64,000 nt of DNA from a virus, in the IMG/VR virus record IMGVR_UViG_3300036770_001423, positions 30,297-94,296 of that record; one strand, written 5' to 3'. The notes under the pieces were generated by a model. The model did not search any database and was not told the origin of the DNA. It worked only from the letters and a program-made list of their open reading frames with translations. Shown here one piece after another: positions 29,495-40,812 of the stretch. The translations under genes and the position numbers were made by a program. Numbering within the stretch: position 1 is the stretch's first letter; each line of letters starts with the position of its first letter.

Positions 29495-30094
29495 TCACGT
29501 AAGGTCTTTACATGCTTGTAAGAAATCTTCCACAGTAAAATCTTTATTAAACCACTCTAGCTTATATTTACTGTCTTTGAATTTTTCATGTAGAAGCTTT
29601 TCTAAATCTAAGTATCTACCATCCGTACATTCGAAAGTAGCTAACAATTCCACCTCAAAAGGATTACTGGTTCTTATGCTGGATAATCTGCTTTGTATGT
29701 TCTTAGAGTAACCTATCTTATAATAATCCCCGCAACCCAATAAATACACAACCCCGTTTCCTTTCCCAGAATATTTATCGTTAAAGAAATCAGACCCTCT
29801 TTGATTAGGTTTTCTAGTTTTTCTAAAAGCTCCAATGAAAGTAAACCAGACAAACGGCCATTTCAGTTCATATGAACAAGATTGTTCTTTCACATAAGAA
29901 ACGTCATCACACAGTTTAGAGACTAACTTTCTGTCTTTATTGTTCCACGAATCCTTCGGTATTTCGAGAATTTCTTTTAATTTGTCAATATGAATTGCTT
30001 TGGTGCGTTCTCTACCCCAACCAACACGGTACTTTTCTGGGATTTCTCTCAACTCACTTAGGAACCACTGTATTGTTTCATCATCAAAATTCAC
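29495..30094 (-). CDS. T5orf172/MUG113-type GIY-YIG-like nuclease
   Basis: VYLL...YKIGYS.N...R...TSNP...EK.LH..F...EWF. Confidence 0.8.
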   Translation of the reverse strand: MNFDDETIQWFLSELREIPEKYRVGWGRERTKAIHIDKLKEILEIPKDSWNNKDRKLVSKLCDDVSYVKEQSCSYELKWPFVWFTFIGAFRKTRKPNQRGSDFFNDKYSGKGNGVVYLLGCGDYYKIGYSKNIQSRLSSIRTSNPFEVELLATFECTDGRYLDLEKLLHEKFKDSKYKLEWFNKDFTVEDFLQACKDLT

Positions 30095-31312
30095 TTAAAC
30101 CTCCAACCACTTAATTAATAGATTTCTCATTCGCTCAGACAGAATCAACACCTTCATAGGTTTACCTTGTCTGATTGCACCACGCCAAATAAACTGAATC
30201 ATCTCAGACAGAGCAAACATATCTTCATCTGGTTCAATATTATTAGCTCTTAGGTAATTCACTTCGATAGGGTTCTTAAAAATATTCACAGCATACATAC
30301 ACAAAGAATAATTACGGTAGTTGTTTGTTGCACGAATATTCATAGGAAGGAAAGCGGGCATGTCATCACTAACACCCTTCGTATATCCAGCCCCCTGCAT
30401 ACGCTTCTGGTGGTCTTTGTATGTAGTCCAGAATACCTCGCCAGCCTTAGCCTTATTGGACACAACACAAGAGCGTAGCATAGCTTTATATTTATCTATT
30501 TCTTCTTTCTTAGCTTTCTCAAACCAGCCTTTACTGAGAGTAGTATCTCTTTGCTTCTTAGCATTAGTTGCTCTGTTCTCAATGATGGTTAGATTAGCTC
30601 TAATAGACTTCTTCAGTTCTCCCTCAGACAACAAACCAAGGTTGTTGTTATCTACAACAGTGTATGGTATGTTATTCAGCTCTAACCAACATCTCATATC
30701 ACTACCATGAAACAAGTAAGTGAGAATCCACACTTCCTTTAATTCAGACAACAGGCGAGGAGGATACTCAAACATAAGGAATGTATCAGCATAGCAGTAA
30801 ACAACACCAAGACTGCACAAACTGCGAACAAAAGAATATCTACCATCGTGCTCTGGATATTCAGCTTCATTCCAACTAAGCTGATTACGTTTATCTGGAT
30901 TAATCAAAACCATACCAGATTTAAGCAAATCTCTTGTATCAGAAGGAACCAAACTTCTATCTAATAAACCAACACAACTAAGAGCTTCATCAATCACCAG
31001 TGTATATTGTTTATCTACCAACATATCAACTATCTGCACAGTAAGGTTTTGGAATAGTGCATGAGTAGAAGCAATATTCTTACCCTCGAATATCAACATC
31101 TTTAAATCACCTATCTTACCTCTACCTTTGTTCTCTGGTGTATAGAAATCTAATTCTGGTAATTCCTTTGGTACACGTTCATCAATCTCAGAGAGGAACG
31201 GAGTGATGTATAAGAACCTAGCTTCTGGGTTCTCTTTAGCTTTCTGTCTAATCAACTCAAACATCTTAGTGGACTTACCTGTACCACACATACTATCAAT
31301 AACATTAATCAA
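30095..31312 (-). CDS. SF2 helicase-like protein, putative origin-binding protein
   Basis: DSMCGTGKST, ITPFLSE, STH, IDE, RATN, QFIWRGAIR; TTG start after AAGGAG. Confidence 0.7.
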   Translation of the reverse strand: MINVIDSMCGTGKSTKMFELIRQKAKENPEARFLYITPFLSEIDERVPKELPELDFYTPENKGRGKIGDLKMLIFEGKNIASTHALFQNLTVQIVDMLVDKQYTLVIDEALSCVGLLDRSLVPSDTRDLLKSGMVLINPDKRNQLSWNEAEYPEHDGRYSFVRSLCSLGVVYCYADTFLMFEYPPRLLSELKEVWILTYLFHGSDMRCWLELNNIPYTVVDNNNLGLLSEGELKKSIRANLTIIENRATNAKKQRDTTLSKGWFEKAKKEEIDKYKAMLRSCVVSNKAKAGEVFWTTYKDHQKRMQGAGYTKGVSDDMPAFLPMNIRATNNYRNYSLCMYAVNIFKNPIEVNYLRANNIEPDEDMFALSEMIQFIWRGAIRQGKPMKVLILSERMRNLLIKWLEV

Positions 31313-31411
31313 AATATACTCCTTAAGGGGACAAAATACCATAGGGAAATCTAATGAATTTAATCACCCTATACCCTAATAGTATACCATGTTTCTTATT
31401 AATTGCAAGTG

Positions 31412-31853
31412 AAATATCATTTATTTGCAATAGAAATAGAATTATTTGAAGTGAGCTTGCAATAAGGTTTTTGAAACCCTTGTGTGGTAAGGCTTAGAGG
31501 GGTATAGGTCTTAGAATATAAAAAGGTACTATCATACTGCCGATTGCCAAACTATAGTTTATACCAAATATCAGTGTTTGCTGTAGAAGTGTAACATCTT
31601 CCTGTATCCTTCCTGTTTCTACCTTGTGTATGAAATATCCTTGTAAAAATATCCTAATTACTTCATTTAATTAGAATTTATTTGTAAAAATATCTATACA
31701 AAATATCACTACCTCTCCTGTTAATTTTAGATTGAAAATATCATATCCAAAATATACATCCTATAAGGGTATTTCAGAATTAGAAATTATGTATTTGGTT
31801 GTTTAACACGACCACTACTCCCTCCATCATTCTTTCCAATATTCTGAAATATC
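31412..31853 (+). repeat. Eight same-strand AAATATC repeats
   Basis: Copies at 31412, 31566, 31633, 31647, 31688, 31701, 31736, 31847. Confidence 0.75.
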
Positions 31854-32094
31854 AAAGCATTATCAATAAATAACCCATAGCATAGATTATGTAAAATTGA
31901 CTGTAATACGAATAATTATCATTTAGATTATTATTATTCATTGTGTTCTATTGATTAGTATACTTAATTGACTAATAGATAGTAATTGGTAAGACCAATT
32001 GAGATAATACTTAGTGTAATAAGCTTTGCTTCGTGTTAGACAAAACATTCGTTTGTCAACACTCCGCGCCAATAATTACAGTAGTAATAATTCA

Positions 32095-32193
32095 GGTGAT
32101 AACACTTAGTGTAATAACATTTATTGTAATAACATTTATTGTAATAACATTTATTGTTATCACTATTAGTGTACTAATACTTGTTACACTAAG
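32095..32193. repeat. 15-bp tandem repeat TGTAATAACATTTAT x3 within inverted flanks
   Basis: Exact copies at 32110-32154; flanks GTGATAACA/TGTTATCAC and CTTAGTGTAA/TTACACTAAG. Confidence 0.85.
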
Positions 32194-32498
32194 CCTCATG
32201 ACAGCATAGCTGTCATTCATCTAATACGAATAACTCTTATTTGTATTTATACGCTCATAAGCCTAGCTTATTCGCTTTGCATATTGGCCTATATATTGCA
32301 TAAAATAGAGTGAATACATATGCAGTTATGCACTATTTATTCTGCATAAAATAGCTAAAAGTGAATACTCTGCTGAGGCATATCAAGGTAGCACTACAAC
32401 ACAAAGCCCCGTATAATCGATTCTAGAGCGTTTAAATGCTATAAAGATTATTGACATTAGAATGTAAAGAAAGTTGACAGGATAAAGAGAAGGTAAAT

Positions 32499-32527
32499 AA
32501 AAAGCCCCTTGTCGGGGCTTCTCTTTT
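32499..32527. terminator. Bidirectional terminator
   Basis: AAAAAGCCCC-ttgtc-GGGGCTTCTCTTTT. Confidence 0.75.
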
Positions 32528-32750
32528 AGCTGGTTAGCTTATGCCGTTGATCTCGTTTAACTCCGCTTGCCATCTGGCTAAATCTTCAAAATAAAGCCAA
32601 GCTTTTTTTTGGCTTGGCTTTGATAATTATTTTCTATGCTGTAAAACAGCCTGCAAAGCTCTGTATTACGTTTTATTAATTCTGGTTGTCTGTATAGCCT
32701 AGAAACAACAAAAGCCCGTATAGGGCTTTTAATCTTGTTATATTTGATGT

Positions 32751-33407
32751 TTATGCTGTAAAGTAGTCTTTGTTACTTGGATATACAAAACATACTTCTT
32801 TACCTTTGAAAATGCATTCAAATTTATAAGTTTTTTCATTTAAAGACCATTCATCCGACGCAATACCATCTTTTTGACACTCATACTCACATGCGTGTAA
32901 GTCATAAGCTAAGGCTCTTGCATACTTGCTTGCGCTAAATTTCCAGCTTGTGCCGTGTTTTAACCCTAAACTTTCAGCTTGTTCTAGTGCCATCATTTTA
33001 CGGGTATTTGACGTACCAGATAAAACGCTAGTCAGTTGGTCCCTCTGTGCTGATGTCAGGCATTCAAAATAAGCATAACAAACGGTAATACCGTCGTTAC
33101 CTTGCCAAGATTTACCAAAGGATACAGCAGACCAGACAGCTTTGATTGCTTCGATTAATTCAACACTGATTTTAACTTTAGCTGTTGCCATCTGACCAGC
33201 TTTGTTGAATTCGTCGCTCATATACTCACCAGCTGCGTATACAGAATCATTGTATACATAGCCATTACAAGGTGCGTGTAACCGGCCCTGAGTATCAATT
33301 GTAGGCTGCTTACCTTGGTTTGCTGATGCTATAGCAATGATTAATTTCTCATTGCGTTTTACATTGTCAGAATTAAAACCAGATAACAGAGAAACTAAGC
33401 TAGCCAT
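32751..33407 (-). CDS. Early-region hypothetical protein
   Basis: Own TTGACA promoter; start MASLVSLL. Confidence 0.7.
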   Translation of the reverse strand: MASLVSLLSGFNSDNVKRNEKLIIAIASANQGKQPTIDTQGRLHAPCNGYVYNDSVYAAGEYMSDEFNKAGQMATAKVKISVELIEAIKAVWSAVSFGKSWQGNDGITVCYAYFECLTSAQRDQLTSVLSGTSNTRKMMALEQAESLGLKHGTSWKFSASKYARALAYDLHACEYECQKDGIASDEWSLNEKTYKFECIFKGKEVCFVYPSNKDYFTA

Positions 33408-33507
33408 AACACACCTACCTATCAGACTAGGCAAGCACCATTGCTTGCCCTACCCCTTGTATTCTAGTTCATTGGTTCAGCTTGTCAACAAAATAAATTA
33501 ATTATTT

Positions 33508-36500
33508 CTATGTTACCGTCATAACTTTTCTGGCTTCTTTTAAGCTTGCCAGGATGCCTTCTGCTTCGCTATCTCTGCAATAGCTCACCATATACCCCAT
33601 ATTGACATAGTAGTCTGTAATCAATTCTGAAAGGCTTTCATACACATAATACTGATTAGCAAATTCACCGTCTACACAATTGATCGCTGTATACCCTTGA
33701 TCTGATTTACCAATGTATACCGTTTTTGTGCAATATTCCTCATAAGCTACAAAAGACAGTGCAATACCTTGTGTAGTTGTTAGCTGTTGCGGTTTTAAGA
33801 TTCTCATAATCTTTAGTCCTTGTTATTTCTTACATTGTGAGTTCTGCGAACATTGTTAGCAATAGCGCCGATCAAGAATGCCAGCGCTACGCAATAACCA
33901 GCTATGCCCAAAAATAACCATTGTGATTCTGTCATGGTCTTTATTCCTTAATCATTAAACGCAACGTATACGCCAGCCAATACAGCACCACAAAACCAAG
34001 TAATTGCAGATTCTACACTGTAGATACCGAATGAACCCAGTGCAACAGATAAGACGATTAATGCGTTGTCGATTTTCATTTTAAAGCCCTTTCAGATTTA
34101 GCCGTTGCACCATTGCCCCGAGCTGATAAAACAATCTTAGAACAAAACAAAAGGGCTGTAAAGCCCCTTTTTGATAAATTATTTTAATTCTTTTTCAATA
34201 CCAGCTATCAGGGTAAATCGGATCAGAAAACATATGCTCATATTGTGCTTTAGTTAAGCCGTTGATAAGTTTTTCTTTCTTAGCTAGTTTAACAGGCCAG
34301 CCTTTTTCCGCTTTGGTTGTCGGGGCTTTGTTACCTGTCTTAACAGCATGAATCCGAGCTTGTGAACGTGTTTTGAAGAAGATAGTACCTAAAGTTTTCA
34401 TGTTAGTTTACCTTTGTTTCAATGTTACGCCAGAATTGTTTTTCTGTCTGTTGTTTACGTTTTAACAGCTTGGCTTGTTTGCTCTGCTGTTGTTCTTGCT
34501 TTGTGCTATCAGCACTGAAACGAAAAGATTTACCCATCTCATCAACCCTCAAGTTTATATTCAAAACGTTCTACCCGCAAACTGTAACAGCTTTTAAGCT
34601 TTCCTGTCAACAACTCAGACAAAATAGTTGTAAAGCTTTTCCGTGTTGCTTTCACTACAAATTGATTGCCTGTCTTATGACAGATGATCAGATGATCTGT
34701 CAATTGTTCAATTTCTTCAAAGCTTAAAGCTTTGATTGCCAGAATAAGATCTAAATCAGATTGTGCTGTTGATTCTATAGCTTGGATTACTGGGATCATG
34801 TTTAATAGTCCTGTAGTAGTTCTTGTAATTGTTGACGTTCTGAGCTTGTGAAAAGCTTTTGCACTTGCTTTGTAGTTGCCATGCAAGCTTGATAAGTTTT
34901 AAAATCAGATATTGAGTCACTATCATACCCGAATTCAGAACAAAAATCATCAAATGACATTGAACCGCTTTCGGCGTCCAATAGCAGACAATACAAAACG
35001 CTGGCTTGTGTTGGCGTCACAGCATAGCTTTGAACAAAAACATTTTTTACCAGTATTTCCTGTTTACTTTCTTTCACAAGCGCATTGGGTAAACCTGTGA
35101 CAGCTTTCACAGAATCAAGATACTTTTTGTTTGCCGGTGATAAAGATAAACCTGAATTATTGATCCGATGGCCTGAGCCAGTGTAAAAATCAAAAGATTC
35201 TGAGAATTTACCAGCTTTTTTAAATGTAATTTGCCATTGGTCAGAATCTTTAAAATTAGAATTGTTACCAGCAACACCAAGCCATTTTACAGAGTATTCA
35301 ACGTTGATTGACTTCAAAAATTCAGCTACTGCCAGATCTTGTTCAGGAATTGTTTTCATTTGTTTATACCTTAAAATTAAGTTTTGTTTGAATTGCGCGC
35401 TAATTATAAAGCGCTCTTTTGTTGGCTGTCAATCGTTATTAATCAACTTTTTCAAATTCTTCCCATTCTTCGATCTGATCTTCTAAATCGGAAATTTCAC
35501 TTTCCAATTCTTCAATTTCAGATTTAAGATCTTTATATTCATCAAAGTTAGAAACATCGTAAGAATCTGCAAAATCATTTAAACTTTGACTGTAAAAGCT
35601 TTGATCGCAATCTGATACCCAGTCTGCAAAACTAGCAGCACCACGACCGCAAACATAAAACGGTAATTGATCTAAAACATCAGCATACGATTCACGCAAT
35701 TGGTTATCATGGTCTGATTTAATTTCATCCTCAAAATGAGCCAGTGGGTCATTCTTATAATTATCTAAAGTTGATTGTTTGTTTTCTAACAATTCTTGCT
35801 TTTCGGCTAAAAGCTTTTGTAAATCAGATAATGTGATCATAACGTTTTTACCTTGTTTTGTTGGCATTATTGCCGTTGTTTACTTATTGCTACTGACTCA
35901 AATTATAAGCCAGCAGTATATAAAGAAACAAGCTTTCAATTATTAAAATCTAATTCGTTGATTGTGTCAACATCTTTTTGTTTGTTGACATATTCCCGAT
36001 CTACGATTGACAGCACTTGTCTTTCAATACCCTTAAAGCTGTTTTTGTTCTCAGATTGAACAACCTTAACAGCTTGTTCGATTAATTGCAAACGATTATT
36101 TTTCATTTTATTTCCTTAGATTAATTTTAAATTTCTTTCATCCTGATGAAAGATTGCTAATAAAATAGCGCCGTTAACAGTTTCAGAACTGCCAACAAAG
36201 TTACCACAAAAACGGATTACATGTAAAGCATTTTCTGATCCGCCGGTGAATTCTAAAGCTATGGTATACCGGCTATCGTCAACAGCTTTTTGTAATTTAG
36301 TATTCATTTTTCTTTCCTTAAAATCCGATTAAAGCCATATAGCCGCCAATTAAACAACACGTAAAGCTTACCGCAAGGCAGATTACATTGTCAACCGCTT
36401 GTTTTGATAATTTCATACTTTCATTACCTTTTCATTTTGTCCAAAGTAAAACCAGCGATTCGAATATTCCACCGGCGCAACAATTCTAGCCGTCCGACTA

Positions 36501-36973
36501 CTGATCTTTTTGTAAGTGTTACCGCCAGTCATAAATTGATCGCCAATAGCCAATTCTGAAAACACTGGGAATAATTGCCGGATCACCGGATGCAATTGAT
36601 CGCGTATTTCTTTTGAAGGGTTCATATTGTTCATACCTTGTGTTGTGTTGTTTCAATACGTTCAATCTATCATAGGTAAAATAGATTGCAAGCTTATTTT
36701 TAGTAATTATCAAATTATTTTCTTGTGCTTTCCTTTATATAGCATTGTGCGCAAATAGCACAAGCTGACAAGCTTTGTCAATAGCTTTTCTATATTTATT
36801 GATTAGTAATTTTGATTGACTAATTGTGTCAGAATTCTTTACAGTGTATTGAGAATCATTCCCGTTCAAAGAACGGCCTGAAAGGTTCCTCATTTGCGTT
36901 TGCTGGAATTTTCTGGCTGTGTTGCTTGTTGCATTGATTGAGGCGATAGCACAGCTATCCGGTTTTCCAACCA
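33508..36973 (-). other. Block of small early/host-takeover genes (33508-33807, ~33813-33935, 33948-34079, 34195-34401, 34404-34538, 34542-34798, 34802-35359, 35439-35840, 35936-36106, 36116-36307, 36413-36634, 36735-36973)
   Basis: Co-oriented short ORFs with several sigma70-like promoters and AT-rich UP elements. Confidence 0.6.
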
Positions 36974-37221
36974 TTTTAACGTCAAGTCCTTGATTTTCCA
37001 ATGAAAAATTGAATAGTTTCGATGACGATTTCTAATGTAACCTGTGAGAAATGCAACAATCTTTGTATCAATTCCTACCATAACGTCCTGACTTTGAAAT
37101 AGATTAATTAACAAGTTCTATTTGCACCTGTCAACTTTCAAACTAAAATCGTCTTAGTTTCTAAATTTATCTGTGAACATTGAAATAAATCGAGTAACGA
37201 GTTCTGGAAAGAAGGGTGAAC

Positions 37222-38220
37222 TCAATCACCCTCATCTACAATGTTTAACCTTGCAAATTCTCCATGATGCTTCAATGCTAATTCATTATAGGCTAACGCT
37301 GCGTCTTTTTCTGTTTCTGAATATTTAGTGTATTGTTTATTCCCAACCCAAACAGTAGACCTCCAAGGCTTCTTAGAAACTCTCTTAGTTTCTGGTGTGT
37401 TTTTAATATAGAAAACACCCTTATACTTTGAAATAGTATTTGATTTTGTTTTAGCGGCATTGGTTGCATTCTGCTGAACTGTAGCCAATCTTAAATTAGA
37501 CCTTACATTATTCAGGGGATTCCCGTCTATATGGTCTATGACATAATTTGAAAAATTAGTACAACCAAATACTAAATGATGCAAACGGTATGGCTTTCTT
37601 TCGCTACGATTTTGAGTAGAACCTTTGATTTTTGCATATACATATTTGTTTGCGCACAGGGACGGATATTTATTATCATCTACAATAAAAGGATAATTTA
37701 CCCAATATTCATAAAACTCTTTATCCACTAAAGTCTCCCCGCATATCCCAATTATTTCTGTACTACCAAACCTAAATTCCATAATTGGTAGCTTCATCAC
37801 TTCAGGATTATCCGTAGCACCCTCCCAATTTTGAATAACTTCGTTAAATCGTCCCCAAAATTTCTCAGAAGATTTGTTTGATGGAACACAACCACAGCTT
37901 GTATTTCTTCCGTGATACAACCCCGATCTTTGCGGATTAAATAAATTACCACAATCACACAACGTTGTTGGTTTTACTGGATTCTCTAACCCTATAACCA
38001 CTAATTTACCAAACCTATCACCGATGTTCACTGACAAAACTTCTTCGGGTAAGGCTTGTTTCAACCTAACATTACCTTCAAGAATTCTCTGTTTTGGTAT
38101 ATTTTCCCTGACAGTTCCATCTGTAAACTTGACCGTGTAGTTACCTTTACCAGACCTCCCAATGACGGAATACTCGATTCCTTGTTTGTTGGTATTTGTA
38201 AAACCTATTTCTAATTTCAT
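37222..38220 (-). CDS. HNH-AP2 homing endonuclease
   Basis: CDCG..SCGC, LHHLV..IDHIDGNPLNN.RSNLR, SKYKGV, AALAYN..A...HGEFA.LN. Confidence 0.88.
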   Translation of the reverse strand: MKLEIGFTNTNKQGIEYSVIGRSGKGNYTVKFTDGTVRENIPKQRILEGNVRLKQALPEEVLSVNIGDRFGKLVVIGLENPVKPTTLCDCGNLFNPQRSGLYHGRNTSCGCVPSNKSSEKFWGRFNEVIQNWEGATDNPEVMKLPIMEFRFGSTEIIGICGETLVDKEFYEYWVNYPFIVDDNKYPSLCANKYVYAKIKGSTQNRSERKPYRLHHLVFGCTNFSNYVIDHIDGNPLNNVRSNLRLATVQQNATNAAKTKSNTISKYKGVFYIKNTPETKRVSKKPWRSTVWVGNKQYTKYSETEKDAALAYNELALKHHGEFARLNIVDEGD

Positions 38221-38237
38221 TAATTCTCCTTAATGGC

Positions 38238-38262
38238 TAAAGCCCGCTAATGCGGGCTATTG
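38238..38262 (-). terminator. Terminator hairpin
   Basis: AGCCCGC-taat-GCGGGCT. Confidence 0.65.
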
Positions 38263-38279
38263 GAATATTGAATATAAAT

Positions 38280-38909
38280 TTAAACATTTCCTAAGATATA
38301 GTCTCGGATCAGTTCATATTGTGTAGCACTGTAAGTGTTTTCAAAGAATCGTGTAGCAATTTCTCGATCACCACCTGCCATAGACAGATACTTATCGTAT
38401 GCAGAAATCAGTGAGTCTTTCTTATTGACAAATGAACGTGCTTCGTAAATAGTATCATACAATTCATCAATCAGCTTCTGGCGATCTTCCATTGCTTGCT
38501 GCTGAACTTCAGAAGCTTCGTTATATGCTTTCCATTCACGAGTAAGTTTAGCATTTTCAACAGCCTCTTTAGCAACAAGCTGTGGTGACTTAGTACGAAT
38601 CAGCTTTGGTTTTACTATGTAATAATCAGATGTGCAGATTTCATAACTGTTTTGATTGTATTCTTTCTTATACTGATTGGAATCAGCCAAGATTTGAGCA
38701 ATTTTCTTACCAGTTTCTTCGTCTACAACAAATTCTGAAAAACTCATCAGTGTAATGTCAGATTGAGATTTCAACGATTCTGGTTGTTCAATCACTGTGA
38801 ATACTAACGGAATACCTTTCTCAGCACAAGCGTAATCAACATATTCTTGCACTTGTTCATCTGTCAGTGTAGCCAGTTCGATTTGGTTTAATGTATTAAA
38901 TGGTTTCAT
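38280..38909 (-). CDS. Hypothetical protein
   Basis: 209 aa; AAGGAG RBS. Confidence 0.7.
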   Translation of the reverse strand: MKPFNTLNQIELATLTDEQVQEYVDYACAEKGIPLVFTVIEQPESLKSQSDITLMSFSEFVVDEETGKKIAQILADSNQYKKEYNQNSYEICTSDYYIVKPKLIRTKSPQLVAKEAVENAKLTREWKAYNEASEVQQQAMEDRQKLIDELYDTIYEARSFVNKKDSLISAYDKYLSMAGGDREIATRFFENTYSATQYELIRDYILGNV

Positions 38910-39098
38910 AATATTCTCCTTTGTTTAATTTATCGTTCAACAACAGGAACTAAGTTCCCATAACATTTCTTGTATTCTGTTTGAATCAACTCATTCAGTT
39001 TATCATATTCTTTTTCAGAATACAATTCAAACGCTGTTGTTTTCTTATCAATCCACACTTCACCTACTATGGGATGAATGTATTTAATTGTGTTCTTT

Positions 39099-40180
39099 CT
39101 ATTCATTTTTCCATTTACCCCGCTCTACACAATATGTATACGGCATAGTTGATTTTGTGGATGCGTTGTAAGCATAAGAAGTTTCTTCTTTAATGCATGG
39201 TCCAATTTCATTTTCACGCAGATCTAGCTCGATTATAATTGTTAAAATTGTCGCCAGATATAAAATTGCTGCAATAAACCAGTATTTCCAGTTTGAGTTT
39301 CCATCTATATTATAATCAATTGTTTTCTTAGCTAACCAGCATTGTATACCAAATACTAAAAACATGAACAATACAACAATAAATGTCACCATAATCATTT
39401 CTCCTCAATATTCTCAATTCGTGTAGACAATACAATAACACATTTCTGATTACGTGGTAAAGCTTTTTCGCATTCAGAGATTAAAGTTTGTTGTTCGGCA
39501 GTTTTAAAACGTTTATTAGTAGATCCTTGCTCTAAACTAACACCGAAGAAAAACCCTAACACAAACACCACGCCTAATAAAAACCCCATTGATGACTTAT
39601 CCATTTTACCCCTCCACAATTTCAAGTTTAACAGCTTTGTTGAATGAAAACATATGGCACGATTTACCTTCATTCAACTTACATTGCTTATAATACAGCA
39701 TTCTTGCTTCACGATCAACCACTTTCTTATATTTCCAATCTGTAGTGGCTGTATTCGCTATAAAAGATGTTAATAGTGCAATAGACATTACAAAGAATTT
39801 AACCACGATCCATTCTCCTCATTCAAACATCGCGTATAACGCTCTACAATTGATTATGAGCCACTTTCTCCTCAATCCTATCCGAATGTATTTGGATGAA
39901 TTATCGTGGCTTAGAATGCTTCCTATTGCGTTTAATCTTGTTGTGGTGGAATGTTTAAAAATACACAATTTCCTCTGTAATCGCAGTGAGTAATCACTGA
40001 CCAACCACGCTGCTCTAATAGTAACTGAAGTTGCGTTGTTGTGATCCACTCAGGAACATCATAACCTTTGTTGTTATAAAATGTCGGGAACACTTCTTTC
40101 TGTAACCACTCATCTACTTTTGATTGGATACCTTCTGTAACAGATTTTTCGTAAGCCAAGTAATCTTTAACTGTAATCAT
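39099..40180 (-). other. Small hypothetical/membrane genes (39099-39398, 39395-39604, 39606-39806, 39932-40180)
   Basis: Packed ORFs with RBS. Confidence 0.55.
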
Positions 40181-40280
40181 GTTTATTCCTCCTACAATGC
40201 TCTATGAGCGATTATTTATGTTACCCTAAGCCAACGTATGGCTTAGGCTGTAAAACGTCTTAGAATTGATTCTAGAGCGT

Positions 40281-40658
40281 TTAAATGCTGTTGGCTTTAA
40301 TCCGCTTCGATGTACGTTGCAACCCTCTCAACGCTTTAGCTAAATCTAATTCATTCACTGGATTCTCAATCATACTCTTTAAACTGTTGAATGTTGTATG
40401 ACAAGCTGCAACATTCCCTACTTCATAAGGCTTGTTGCTATCAATACGGTCGATTGTAAACGTATCTGCTGTCAATGTCAACCCTGTAAAGTAACATTTC
40501 TTTGCCTTACACATGTTCTTAAAGCTAACAAAAGAGATGTTGAAATCAATACCACGATCTTTGCTGGAACGTGCTTTGTTTAGATAAGCCGTAGCAATCT
40601 TAACATCGTCACCAGAATGTCTGTTAGTGGTTTTCTTTGCAGGTTTCTTTGTAGTCAT
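40281..40658 (-). CDS. T4 Srd-like protein (degenerate HNH fold)
   Basis: SSKDRGIDFNIS...CYFTG...TIDRIDS...Y..GNV.ACH..FN.LKS. Confidence 0.65.
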   Translation of the reverse strand: MTTKKPAKKTTNRHSGDDVKIATAYLNKARSSKDRGIDFNISFVSFKNMCKAKKCYFTGLTLTADTFTIDRIDSNKPYEVGNVAACHTTFNSLKSMIENPVNELDLAKALRGLQRTSKRIKANSI

Positions 40659-40812
40659 CGGTAAATCCTCATTCATTTCGATGTGAACAACTCTACTCTC
40701 ATCTGTTCCTTGTGTCAACAAGAATTTTAAATAATTCTATAAACGATTCTGCTTGACATGAGATGTGTGTATGTGTAGAGTGGTTGCATGTTCAAACGTA
40801 TGGAGAAATTAC

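Noticed and set aside
32095-32193. CRISPR or TIGR-like array
   Set aside because: Contiguous 15-bp units with no unique spacers, and no cas- or Nop-like gene visible.
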